Below, piece after piece: positions 14,208-27,400 of a stretch of 64,000 bases of DNA. How positions within the stretch are numbered: position 1 is the stretch's first letter; every line of letters begins with the position of its first letter. The notes under the pieces were generated by a model. That model was given only the letters and a program-made list of their open reading frames with translations. It was not told the DNA's origin and searched no databases. Position numbers and translations under genes: made by a program. Source of the DNA: Fimbriosthenelais zetlandica (lineage: Eukaryota); NCBI GenBank assembly GCA_977030845.1, contig OZ365114.1:17112001-17176000 (forward strand), written 5' to 3'.

Positions 14208-15441
14208 ATGGAGGAACTTGCCGTGGAAGTATGTGTGAGAACCGGGGTTTATTACAAGGTAATTTATTGTGTTTTCCTTTATTTTATAAGTTAAAACTTA
14301 CAGTAGTACAATTACTGATATATGCTCCAGTGTGAGTGAAAATTTTAGGAGTTATTACAAGGCCGTTTTAAAGGAATCTTCTTTTGAACTTGAGGGTGTC
14401 TGGGGAAGGGACGAGAACATGTTCGGGGTCTGCCAGTGCTAAGTTGCTCGGCACTGACTCCTACTTGTGTAGTGCATGTGAAACCGAAAGGAATTGACGA
14501 TGAGACAACCCAGGAAGACAATATCTTTTAGAAAATCTAGTCAGTGTAGGAGTTTTGCCATTTGTGTTTTCTTTAAAGTTGAGTGTCCTTTGATTAGGTC
14601 ACTGCCCTTACCGGTGGGATGTGAACCCTGTTACCCTCCACAGCCTGGGCCCTGGCACAAGCACCTGCCTGCATTTGCACACTGCATCAAATTGGTCAGG
14701 CTAGCTCCAGCCTCCAGGTCCTGGCCACCAACAATGCACACACCCTTTTCCCACCGTTTTCGTATTTATCTACAGTTATTTGCAGAGTTCTGAAACAGTC
14801 AATGTCGAAAGTGGTCGCGTTTTCCTGTTGGAATTGATCCATTTTTATAATTAAATCTTTAAAATAAAACATACATAGCCATAGGCTGAGGCTATAAAAC
14901 TTGGTAAAAAGTTTCCAAAGTTTTACTCTACTAACAAATAATATAAGAACAGGAGAATTTCAGACTAAGTCCATCTGAAAATCATATGCTTACCACTGAC
15001 ACATCCCTCGAGGGGCAGACGGGCTATATATCCTACCTCTTCCCAGATTATGCTGAAACGAGAGCCTAAGACAGTTGATCCTGACTTATAATCCCCCAAT
15101 ATTACAATGTGAGACTAATGAATGATTCTTCTGATGTGCAACTTTATACTGCCTTTATATTACAGGCTTTCTTACGAAACGTAGATAACGAGGAAGTAAC
15201 AGTTGGATTTGAAAATGAGTAAGTGTAAATAGAAAAATCTCCCATTGTGCATTCTTCTTGTGAGATTTATTACCGTTATTTCATTTAAAATACCTAATTA
15301 TCATCTAAAGAAACTGAGAGAAAAATTCTATTTCGTTGCAGTGTATTGCCACAGAATAATGTACCCTTCAGTCAGGTACGACTACCACCCAGTGATTCCA
15401 CACGGACTAACTTTCAATACAGAGAAGGAGATGATATTGAG
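14208..15441 (+). CDS. FMR1: Fmr1 exons 1-3 (Agenet/Tudor 1 and start of Agenet 2)
   Basis: [17 protein letters not shown] | [18 protein letters not shown] | [33 protein letters not shown], with donors AAG/GTAATT, GA/GTAAGT and GAG/GTCAGT. Confidence 0.93.
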
Positions 15442-18400
15442 GTCAGTATGTCTTTAATACTTAATCTAACCTTTACTCCATACCAAGCCTCACTTCCTTT
15501 TCAGGATATTATGCACCTAAAACATTATGATCATTAGAGATTTTCTAAGAGTCCAATTAAGAAAATGTAGGAGTGAGCCAAAAAATCTAGCGGTCCACCA
15601 TATTTCTAAAATAAATCTGATTATCTCTCGGAGACGTAGCTGGTGTCTCCTAGGAGTCCATCATGATTTTTTTTGAGTCTCAGACTCACGGACTCCCGTG
15701 GAAATCATGGACCCCTGGCAGATAATGTGTGGCTGTGTTGATGGCTTTTGGTTTCTATGGTTCATATTTACATAATCCATGATGTGTTAGGATGGTAAAA
15801 TATACCCACGTCATAGTGGAGGAGCGAGCAAACAAAGCCCTGCTACAAGAGGCTACACATCCCTCACATTTACTGAGGGCGGCCACCCAGCCACACCTTC
15901 ACCTGTAAACACTGGGTCTTGAACATTTTTTATTTACCATTAATTATCACGGGCCTTATTTTTTAACGGGCTGTAGGTCTAGGCCTACATTGCAAATGAG
16001 TCCATATGATGGAAAATTAAGCTGAAAGTATTTATTTTTGAACCGTTTCTGATGGTTCATGCCTGCTTAGAAGACTATAATTGCCCAGTGGACGCAAAGA
16101 TAGTCTTCTATTCATTGCCAGTGTCTTTTCTTAAATGGCAATCATGCCTGATGCCCTGAGTGACCTTTCCATGGCCCGTGGTCTGTCTGTGATAAGACTG
16201 AATACACATTGACACCCTGGGTCTTCAAAACCTTCTGCCAAGGCGTGTCAGGTTTCCATGGAAATGCACCCTATGTGTATCTCAATCTGTGTGCGTCTTA
16301 GGATTTGTGATTTTCTTTCCAAATAAGATAAGAAGCTGTCTTTGGGCCCCATTTTATGCCTAATATGAAGAACAAATTAAACCTACGACTGAATGGGGTT
16401 ATTTGAGGCTAAGCCTTGGTATTCAATCCCCCCCCCCCCCCCTCCAGTGACCTGCTTCGCAGAAAATGTCTATATTATCTCTTGCTGAGATTTAGATGAC
16501 TTTTCAGGATGTCTAAGTAATACTAAAATTGACCCTGCTTATTATAAAAGATAGGAAAGGAGGGTATACAATAACCACATAATAGTGACATTTCTATTCT
16601 TTTATCTTCATGAAGGAAATATCTATTAAAACTGGAATTATCAGACTGAGAGGGAAAGATAATTTCCTTGACAGCAATTACTGTTATTAGGAGAACCCAG
16701 GGTGAGAGAGGCCAGGGCAAGACTAGGCAGAGCTCTGTAGGGAGCTGGCGTGGTTATATTGGCCATTGCATGGAGGTATATATCTACCTTGGGTTGTATA
16801 AATAAAACTATCACAGGTCATGTTATGAACCCATTGCCCCGAGCCAATATTTAGTGTTTATTACCCTCCCAGAGCGAAGGCATCCATTCATGGATCCTAG
16901 TAGATAATATATATCAATATTTGGTTTGAACATTCTTTATTTAGATTATTTGTTAGGTATATATAGCACTTAGGTTTTCATAATACCAGCATGTCATGAC
17001 TCACATTCTAGAGGTTATATTTTATTTCTTCAAACCTGGTTTCACTAAAGTATTATTAATGATAAACAGTATTATCATACTGTTGTACATTGGCGTACCG
17101 ATACCGATTAGGCGATATATTGGTCAGGAACTGGTCTAAATTTTTCTTCGTCTCCATGGTCGTGGTGCTTGACTTTTTTATTGTTCTCTTCGTTTGACAT
17201 GGAGTGCATTTGGGAATTACATAATATGATATCCAAAGCTCCAAGTCCAAATTATACATAAGTTTATGACTTGTTAGAATGAAACAAAGAGATAAGAAAA
17301 ACGATAACTGTTATCAATTGGGGTCGGTATATGATGATCCATCATAACCCTGTATTAACTTTAATCAATCAGTTTACCATTGCTGTAGTGACGCCGATAT
17401 TGATAAGCCATAAAGATTATTGATTGTCAATAAACCACAAGCAGATCAGATCTGTTAATATATGTGAATAAAACACTCACTACATATGAATGAATGGTAT
17501 ATAAAACTGGCAGCCGATGCATGTAACTCTCATAGCCACTGTCATTATTATATTTGTGGCGAGAGAGGAGACCATTACAACCTGTTCAAATTGCCATTTC
17601 ACGTTTCTGAGTATTGCAACATGATTTGTGCCCTGATTCTTGCAATTTTCATGTGCTTTGCCTCTATTATTGATGCTTTGGTCGGGTGTGGTTTCCATAC
17701 GAGATAAGGCTTCTATAGAATGGCGACAAAGAGTTCCGATGTTATATTTGGATCTATTCCAAATCATTTACCTGTGGTGTCTGTTTAGTAAGGTAGCAAA
17801 AAAGCAAGCATGAGGAAGCAGAGTAATGGAGGAGTAGAAACAATGTATTGAGGGAGTTTACGGTGTCTGACCCACATGTGACTACTAAGTGATGTCCTAC
17901 AAACATGAGCCACCTCAGGTAGTGTACCAGTAGTTCAAGGCTCACAAAGCCAGATGGAAGAAGCCTGGTAGCTCAATACAAGAGCAGACAGTTATTATAA
18001 GCTTATACGCCTATATAACCTTATTACATGCCTATTCCTGGACCCTCTCCTCTTAACAATACACTCACTGGCTCTCTGCCAATTGGAGGAAATGATTTGA
18101 GATTTTCTTCCCTCGTTTACAATGCTTCATGGTTTCAAAGAAAGGCCGGGAGGAGCTGGAGCAGGGAGGAGGAATGTATTGTGAAGGGTTGAGGTTAATG
18201 GGAAATGACATTTACTTCAAACTGAAGTCACCTCAGAGATTATGGGACAGACCTTGCCCTAATCCACATGTACGTGGTCTGTGTCTGTGATTGTCAAAGC
18301 TTATTTCCTGACTTTGGTGGCATTAATTTGTCCCTTGAACTTTAATGTTAATGTTAAAACTTGTCTGTGGCAAGTCTAGTGTGAAGTCCTCGCTTCTCGA

Positions 18401-21400
18401 GACTGGGGCCGGGAGATAGCAGAGCTAATAGTATTGTTATAAACACATACACAAAGTTGTAGGGTTCCCAACTCTCCTGTATTCACTGCCTTGACTTCCT
18501 GTATATTATTATTATGCTTTTCCAACTCCCCACACCTACATGGCCCTTCCATCAAAGTATTTACATACCAAAAAGGTTCTGGACAGTCATTTTTTATGTG
18601 TTGGACAGAATAATAGAAGTTCACTTAGTGATAATTTTCTATATTGTGGTTTACATAATAAACGAATTTTATCCCTCGTGGAATTAGTCAGATATTAGTC
18701 ACAGTGCAAAGTCATTTTTACACCAGTATGTGCTTACAGGTAAATTATTTAACACTGTGATAATTCACATATTAAATGGACCTCCTGGGGACATCCAGAC
18801 GTTTTTATGTTGGGGATATTTCTGGAAGCTTAACACTAAGCTGAATCATTAACTAATGTAGGAGGGAATCTCGTGTAAAGGGAAGATAAAGATATGGTGA
18901 GATTTATGATGTATTTTGAGTTTTACGGTAGAGATTCACAGCTTCAGACCTCCTCCCATCATTACTCCACATTCCCCTCTCCCTGTATGAAGAAGGCGTC
19001 TGTTGCTATGGTAACCTGTCCATGGGATGTTGCTGCTGCTGTAGGTTTAGTCTCTCCCCCCTACTCCTCCACCCATACCTCCAGATACCACCTACAATAC
19101 TCCAGGCCAACTTGTATTCACTTCCCAACATCAAAGCCTGCCCATACCGAACCTTTGAGATTCAACTCAAAACCCGATGTGGCACAGAGTATATATGCCT
19201 TGGACGGTCGATCGCATCCTTCTACCCAACCCTCCTCCACCCTATCTCCTACTCCTCACCCCTCAGCCAGCTCGTCCCTGTTCTCCAGCCCCATCTCCCC
19301 CTGCCCCACTACCCCTGCCCTCCTCCTCTGCCCCATCTTCCGCCACCTCCTCCTCTCCCTCCCCCAAATGCAACAGCCAACACTCCACTGCTCCCACTGG
19401 CCAAGAAATCTGCTGTCGTTTCATCAACGTAGACTTGCTTTTCCATTTCATAACCTTGATGAAATATATTTTACACTGTAACACATTTACCTCCTTCTGA
19501 GATGATTGTCTTGAATTGTCACAAAGCTGAAGGGTTCAGATTTGTGATTTCAGGACTGCTATATGGTCTTTTTTTAGAGATTTAATTTAATTTATCACGA
19601 CGATATAAAAACCAGAGCAGTGCGGTCCAGGATGGCGTGACTGAGGCTCATTTCATGCCATTACTGAGAATGATACTTTATATTAGCGTGAAAAAAATGG
19701 TCATTGTTGTATAATAGAACGTCTGACATTTACTCTCCTGGCATTGCCTCGCCTGGCATTTATCCTGGCACTTTCCTACTGCCATGTCATTGTGATTTAC
19801 ATGTGAGAAGGGTGGGGAGTACTCCGAGTAGCTGGGGGCGTTGGGGTTTGTGGGGGAGAATGTAAAAAAGGGGGAATAAGAAACACTGGACCCAGAAACC
19901 ATACCAATTTTCACTTTCCAGTGGTTCCAGTGGATTCCATAATCAGTTTTATTCCAAATTTATTTCATCGTCAAGTTTTAAATTGTCAAACTGAAATAGA
20001 TTTCTAAGGGAAAACGTCTCACTGTTGTTCCTCATGGGAGGACCCATTCCACAGCCACTATTGAGATCCTGCTCGAGGGCCTTTGATAAAAAGATTCAAC
20101 ACTAGCAATAGGTTAGTAAAGCAAATTTAGAGATCAGAGAGACTCGGCTACAGTTGTATTGAGTGGGGGAGACCAGGTAGTCAGGCCACTGAGCGTTATT
20201 GAGGAGACTGGCCTGGGTGGGAGTTGGGTCACTGATTGGCTAGTAGTATATGGTCGCCTCGAGCTGTGCTTTTTCCCAGGCATCTCTCTCCCCCCCCCTC
20301 CCACTCCACTCCTCCAATCAATCACCCTCACCAGTCACTCAGCTTTACAAGCCAATAATTAATGGCGTGCGAGACATTCCATTCCAGGCCCAACACTGAC
20401 ATAAAAAGACGGGTAATTTATCACAGCTGTGTTAGTCCTAATCACTCCACTCATATCAACCTCCATCTTCTCTTAATCTCTCCTCCTCATAGTATATAAT
20501 CCACATAGTTTAACCCCTGTCTTGAACAGAACATGTGTACACTCCATTTAATCTATTTTCCATATTGATCAAGCTTGCATTAAGTTAGATTATATATTTT
20601 TAGGTCGGGTTATATAGTAGAAACTTCTTGTGCTCAGACAAAAAGTACAAAATCCAGCACAAAACGAGTAAAGAGAGTTTGATGATTTCCTCAATCTTCA
20701 ATGGACGTAGATGAAAAGTAGTTAGAAGAATAAAGGCTTGATTGGGTGAGATAAGGGTTGATTGGAGGGGGCGATATGTGAGAGCTTTGGGAGTGATGAG
20801 CAGTGGCTTGGGTCATTACCCTGCGCCTTATCAAAGGTCTCCAGGCTAAGAGAGGAGGAGGAGCAGGGTGGAGGGAATGCCGGGCTGGTATCCCTCATTA
20901 CACTGCCTTCATTGCCCACTTTTATAGTGCAGTCTCCGGCAGACTTGGTAAGACCTCCACTGCCACTTTTAAGCTACAACTGCAAAAGGTTTTAAATGTT
21001 TTCGCCTATATGAAACATTAGTACATGTATTTCAACATTAATGATTTCGTTTGGCTGCTTGGTGAATGATTACTTGGATTAAATTATTGAAATGCGTGCC
21101 TGTAGAATACAGAACTGGCGTTTATCCTTCAAAGAAAGTAACAAATATTAACTTTCTTTGACACAATAGTTTTGCGGAGTTTGCGTGCTGGCACCATTCA
21201 GAGGAAATTCCACCGAGGGCGAAAGTCTGTATAGTATGAATGCCTGGACAGGAACTCTACAAAATGGTGGACAATGGAGGCAAATGCCTCACCACTCTAC
21301 TGTGCAAAATGGGACACATTGCCATTTATTGAGGCAGATTCCACTACAATAGCATCCCAGTATGACCATCTTTACCCACACTTATTCTACCAACAATGTT

Positions 21401-24400
21401 CACAAAGTGCTCACTTAGCTCTGCTCTGTTCTCAGTGCAATCTCAAGTCTGCCCTTCAAATGGAGAGTCAAGTTTTCAAAGTTAGTTTAAATCCTTACTA
21501 GAATGGAAAAGGTTTTGTTAAAATGGAGCCCAAGTGCTCTTTACGGGCCAATTTTTGCACAATAGAGTAACATTTGTGAATGGGTCAATGGCCGTCGAGG
21601 GGATGCAATCCGGCCCGCCACTGTCAGTGATTGAAGGTGTCATTCCGTGCCTGATAAGAAGACGGTCGGGGTAATATTATTCAGCTTGTGGGATTGGAGA
21701 CGGGAGACCTGGCCACAACCCTGCATTGGGGATGAGTGGTTGGATCTTAGATGGGTTTGACTGGGGCATGAGAAGTGGAAGGTTGATTGTTGGGCAGGGT
21801 GTGAAAGCTAAAGTTCTTGGACTGGCAGAGGAAGGGTGCGAGGTATGGACAGATTAAGGGAAGAATGTATAAGCAAGCTGGATCCTGGGGAACTAGGGGA
21901 AGGAAAAGATGTTTGGATGATATGATGGGATGAAAAAAATGAAGGTGCCGTGGGTTGATCGTTATTGCCATTTATGGGGGGTAGAGAGTGGATATTGGAT
22001 GTAGAGAAGCTGGAGGAAATAGCCTTAGTGGAGCTGCCTGGAGGAGCATGGCGCTAATGGAGGTGTAGAATGAAGCATGCCTTACTGGAGCACTCATTAT
22101 ACCATCAGCCACCCACCCTTCACTTTATTCCAATCATGCTCCAATATCACACCCACTGATGGCGCATTACAGACCAGGCAATCACTGTGCTTCACTCTTA
22201 CATACATTGATGCACTGAAAAAAAAACCTCCCCACATTGTTGTCTATTTTAAACAGCCCCCATGCCTCTTAATTGAAGGGAAACCAATATTGATAAGTAT
22301 ACCCCAGTCATCCTGCTACTTCAAAGTGGCTCACTGATTTAATGAGGTAATCTCTTTTACATGGAATTGGATTATGACAAGTAGGGAAGCGATCTCGTAC
22401 AGATCTACTTCTGTATGTTTGGTACTATAGCTAAGCTTCAATGGTATATTTGTGACTGATACTATTTCTTGGAAATGAAGCAGTTTCACTTTATGTTAAC
22501 CCAAAAATGTTAACATAATTTTAACAAAAATTCAATCGTAGGTACTGATGTAGTAGCTACTAAGCTAGATGTAGGCTGCGTTGATGGTCACTGACCTGGA
22601 ACCCGTGGACGGCCATTTTGCCTTGAGTTGTATTGAGGCAATGGCAGTTTGATTTCATTTAATAGAAATTCTGACATTGTCAATCCCTCCATGCTGTACC
22701 CGTCAATGGGAAAGCCGTACATTAACCTCTGTGCCAACTGCCGCCTTGCTTCCCTCTTTCTCTCTCCATTTTTGCCTTTTTGCCAAGAGCTTGTCACACT
22801 CTTTATGACAGCCACACACGACACACTGCCATGTCACTGATGCTTCCATTCATTACATTCAATGGAAAGTGCCTCCTCTCCCCAAAAAGCTTTTCAGTGT
22901 TAGACCCATGATTATTCAAGTAAGTGCAAGTATTGGAAAACAATTCCCAACTTTTCTTTGAATAATTCGTCTTTGGACTAAAAAGAGTGTTTGGTAATTG
23001 GAGCAAATCCACTCAGACAAACTTGTAAATCTGAAATATGATGTTTGTCTTGTGATGTTATTGATTAAAATAAAGTCAATGAAGCCCAGATAAGCCAGTT
23101 AATAGTGAACACCCATTTGCCTTCTACATGTACTACTTTTAGAGCACCTTAGAAGTCCTCTTTCTATTAAAATATATGACTGTATTCTTTTAAGTACTTC
23201 CTTGGCAAATCTAGAGAGACAAATGGATTTACTCCTAGTAGACATCAATCCTATTTTCTGTCTTTGGCTGCAATAAGATTAACCTCTGTCAGGCTAAGTT
23301 GTGTACATTTATCTCTCAGACCAGTAATAATGATGGATTCTGTATGTAGAACTGGTTATGGCAGGCTAGCAGTAAGCTCATGAGAGAATAGGATAGAAAG
23401 ATGAAGAAAGAAGATTAAGTGTAGCAACAGAAAAGAATAATAGTCTAAGAGATGTAGATTTTTCATTTGTGAACAGAAAACAATTAACCTAGTCAACCCA
23501 TATTAGGCGAGGCTTAAACCCAAAATATTTCCTCGTGGCTGGAAGCAGAGATGATTCATATAGAGTTGCATGTAGCTGGGGGTGGAAGCATCCTCTGGGA
23601 GACTTATCTGCGCCTTGCGGGCCCCCCTACAACTGTAGCATGCCTAAAGCTAATTAGTTGACACGAACCAATAATCAGGCCATCCTCTGCGGGCATTTAC
23701 TTCCTCTTATCATGCCCTTAATGAAATGAGGCTTCAGTCCTGAGACCCAAGAAAATGCATCCCTGCGTGGAGAATATGTAATTTCTTGGGTTGAGGTTAT
23801 AGGGTGAAGATAACACCCTTGACCTGAAGCTATTCGTTGTCCTCTCTACTTCTAACACCTGCCTTCCCATGCTGTCTATACTCTCTACCACCTTCTCTTG
23901 ACCCATCAACCCCCTGAGCACAACATGGGAAGCCTTGCTGTGAAGTGAAGTTGGTGGAGAGTATAGGCCATGGAATCTGATTCTGTATTCACCACACCTT
24001 CAGCTTTCTTCCCCTGATCTAGCAGGGTCAAAGATTTGATTATGTATGGCCCTGCGAAACGATGTTCGCTGCGCTTTTGGCAGCAGTCACCAGAAATCCA
24101 ATCTGCCATTCATCTGGCATAAAACGGTTTCTAAAATAGGAGGTGCTCCCTGTAGCCTCTGGAAACTGTTCAATAAGGCATGCTTTCTCCAAAGTCTAAA
24201 AAAGACACCATTGCCTCTTGCTTCCATTCGTGATGAATTAATGATTAGTTTTTTTAAGAAATGCATTATGCATCAAGATTGCCTGCAGGTAGGTCAAGTG
24301 GCAGCACAACAACTAAAAGCCCTCTTAAATAGGCACACTTCTTTTTAAATAAATTTTATTAATATAAGCAAGTGAACGGTAACATTAAGTATTACAACAA

Positions 24401-27400
24401 TGTTAAAGCATTTTTGATACAATGTCTGTTTTAATCACACTTGCTGAATAATGTTTTTCTGCAAACCTAAAACCAATGCCAGATATCCCCCACTGCCCAC
24501 CAATAGCGAGCTGCTCCTGTTACAGCCCAGTTTGAGGTTTCTCTCAGGCCTTCCATGCTACAGCACATTACACTAACCAGGGCGCCACTAAAGAGGCATT
24601 TAAAAGATGTGACACTGATTGCATCTCCCTCCCCCACCCCCCAACTGTTGTCTGTCTGCTGCTCAAAGCGGAACTCCTGCATTGGTGCCCTCCATGACCA
24701 GATCATGTCGATACTCTCTGACAACTCCTATTCAATAGGCAACATTGAAGCCAAGCATCTAATACTTTAATATCGCTCAGAGTATATATGAGGCCCATCT
24801 CCTCCATTGTTGGCCCGCTGTATTTTTTGAATTGCTCATTATAACAAATTGACTCCACTTTTGATTTGTGAGATGCAATTCTTGGGATTTTCTGCAATGA
24901 CTTATTGTGCTACGGACATTATGGAGATTAGAAAAAAACGGAAATGATAATAGCAGAAGGTATGACTTCAGAACGAATGTTGAAGTAAATTTCCTGCCGA
25001 ATAGTTTCCAGGAGGCAATGATACTTTGTATTCAGTAGATGAACTCATTCAGACTTCTCGTTGCAGTTACCTAAAGCAATTGTATCAATAACATTTACTG
25101 GAAACAGGGGGAAATTATTCTGACGTTATAGTCCTTTATTTACCTTTCCCCAGTCCGGATATGCTCCAGTAAGCGAAATTGAAGTGCTACTTCTACAAGA
25201 GAGAATTTATTTTGCAAAATTGCAACTTGTTGAGAAACTTTGGTGCCATATCATCTAAATGATGGATCTAGTCTGGTGCTCTTGGCATGTAACAGCCATT
25301 ATATTTTCAAAATTTAGTGTGGGTAACTCTCATAATTTCCATGTGATCTGCTCGCTGCAATAACCCCGGGCATGAGGCTTTTATGAGAGCGCCATTGATA
25401 GGAGCAGTTCACTATTGAGCTCAATACAAAATGAGCAATTCACAGCCAGGCAAACTGCTCCACTTCACTCAACCGCTCCCTCCTCCCAGCCAACAAGTCT
25501 GTCCATAAAGAAACCTCTTAGTGTGGTCTTGAAAAGGCATTATATAATGAAGCACCGTCAATGGTGGAGTGAGATGTTATTGTATAGAATAAATGAAGCT
25601 ATAATCATCCATATACGGTAGCCTGCAGTGATAGGCAATCAGCGAATGGAATTGTTACTAAATTATGTAATAATGAGTCTGTGACTGCAGCACTTGGCTA
25701 GAAACAGGCCTATGCATGCCTGTATAATCTATATAATACCTTCTCAGAGTATCAGTCCAGACCTTTCAATGTATAGTGAAAGTAAAGAATGTCTATCTTA
25801 TCTCAGTTCTAGCTCATTGTTTCAAGTGGAAGTGTACACGTGTACTTTATCCTGGTTTTCTGGGAGCTGCCTGTAGATAAGCAGTGGCTGAGTAGCTATG
25901 TCCGTGATCGTTTGTATTCGGCGTGATCCCTAAAAGACGATCAGACTAGAAACAAACCACAGCAGGTACAAATCAACAGATATTCCAGCTCAGCCCACAA
26001 CTTTTCCTGTCTGCTACCTATCGATTTATCGACCTACAACCACTAAAGCCCAGACCTAACCTTGTACTCCGAACTGTCATCCTATCAAATATTGCATGGC
26101 TGTATTTTTGTTAATGTTAGAGGACGCGAGTCATACTAATATTAGCCTATACTGCTGATATCAGTTTAAAGTCTTGGGGTCTCCTCCTCCTTCTCCCAGG
26201 CTCGTATAGTGTGAGTGTTATGAAGATGATGATGCTTACAAGTACTGGACCAGTGACAGGGCCTATACCAGCCGTACTGTTGCTGGGCTGTATTGATTGG
26301 GACTGTATGGCGGAAGGAACTGCTTCTTCAAGACTTAAATGAAAGGCGCCGGACACTGAGTTGCTTCTCAGACTCACAGATCTGTATGTGGTGCTGGCTC
26401 GTGCTTTTCTTGCTCTAGATGATGTTAGATTTTAGGATGGATTGATGGGAGGGTGGATGAGGGGGTGAGGGCTATAATGGGCCGGCCACTGAGGGCTCTG
26501 CAAGGCCTCATTTTATACTAAAGGGCCCATTTTGTCTTGAATTGAGTCCAAATTTTAGTATCAATCCATGACATGAAGATTCTTTGCCAGCCTTAAATTA
26601 CTCTCTTCAGTGGTTCGACTGAACCATAGGAAAGGGAGGCTTCTGCCAGATACCAAGTGTATGATATGCCAAGCCAAGGCTAGTTCTTTGTGTTCAAATG
26701 ATTTGCCCTTGGCAATCAGAGCAACTTGGAATATTAGTATGTTGCCCTTGTCAATTGTTCCAATTGTTCCCCATACAATACATGTTTATGACTGAATTTC
26801 TGTTGTATTGAGTAACACGATTGATTGTATCCCTCCCTGCATCACTGGCTGATGAATAATTGAGTGCATGTACACATGATTACATTTTGAAGTTTCCCCT
26901 CTGAACTCTGCCCCTTTGGTATAATGAATGTGAAATGGTGCTCCCTATAGTGCTCCATAATTCCGCATTGATCCGTCTGCTAGACGGATTGCCTTTCTCA
27001 TTAGTCTATTTCTCCCTTTCCAGATCTTTCCTTCGTTACAGAGACAGACAAATATATTTTGAAAAAGAAATAAACCTATTTTCCATGTCCTTACTACAGT
27101 ATAATTTTGAAGCTAGTGTTGCATATGAGCTCATAACACAAATCATCAGAAATGTAATGCATTGTGTTTTGTACAGTAAGGGTGCATTGGTAGTCTGAGT
27201 GGTTGAGTTCATTGAGTCCATATTTTTAGTGTATAGACCTATTGTAGCTACATATATATCAGAGTAACAGTACATGTAGATTGTATACCCACATGTATAC
27301 ATTGTATAGTAATGAACCCTGTACAGCTGTATATATATGTCAACACCGCCTCACTCTCTCCTCTTACTTCCACCTCCTCTGAGACCTATAAGTAAAGGCC

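Noticed and set aside
18894-19500. Longest ORFs in the track (195, 136 and 107 aa)
   Set aside because: They overlap a C-rich low-complexity tract that lacks stops for compositional reasons; no recognisable domain
26147-26377. Small ORF with a hydrophobic stretch followed by RRRRR (membrane-protein-like)
   Set aside because: Starts at GTG rather than ATG, has no homology cue, and such patterns arise by chance
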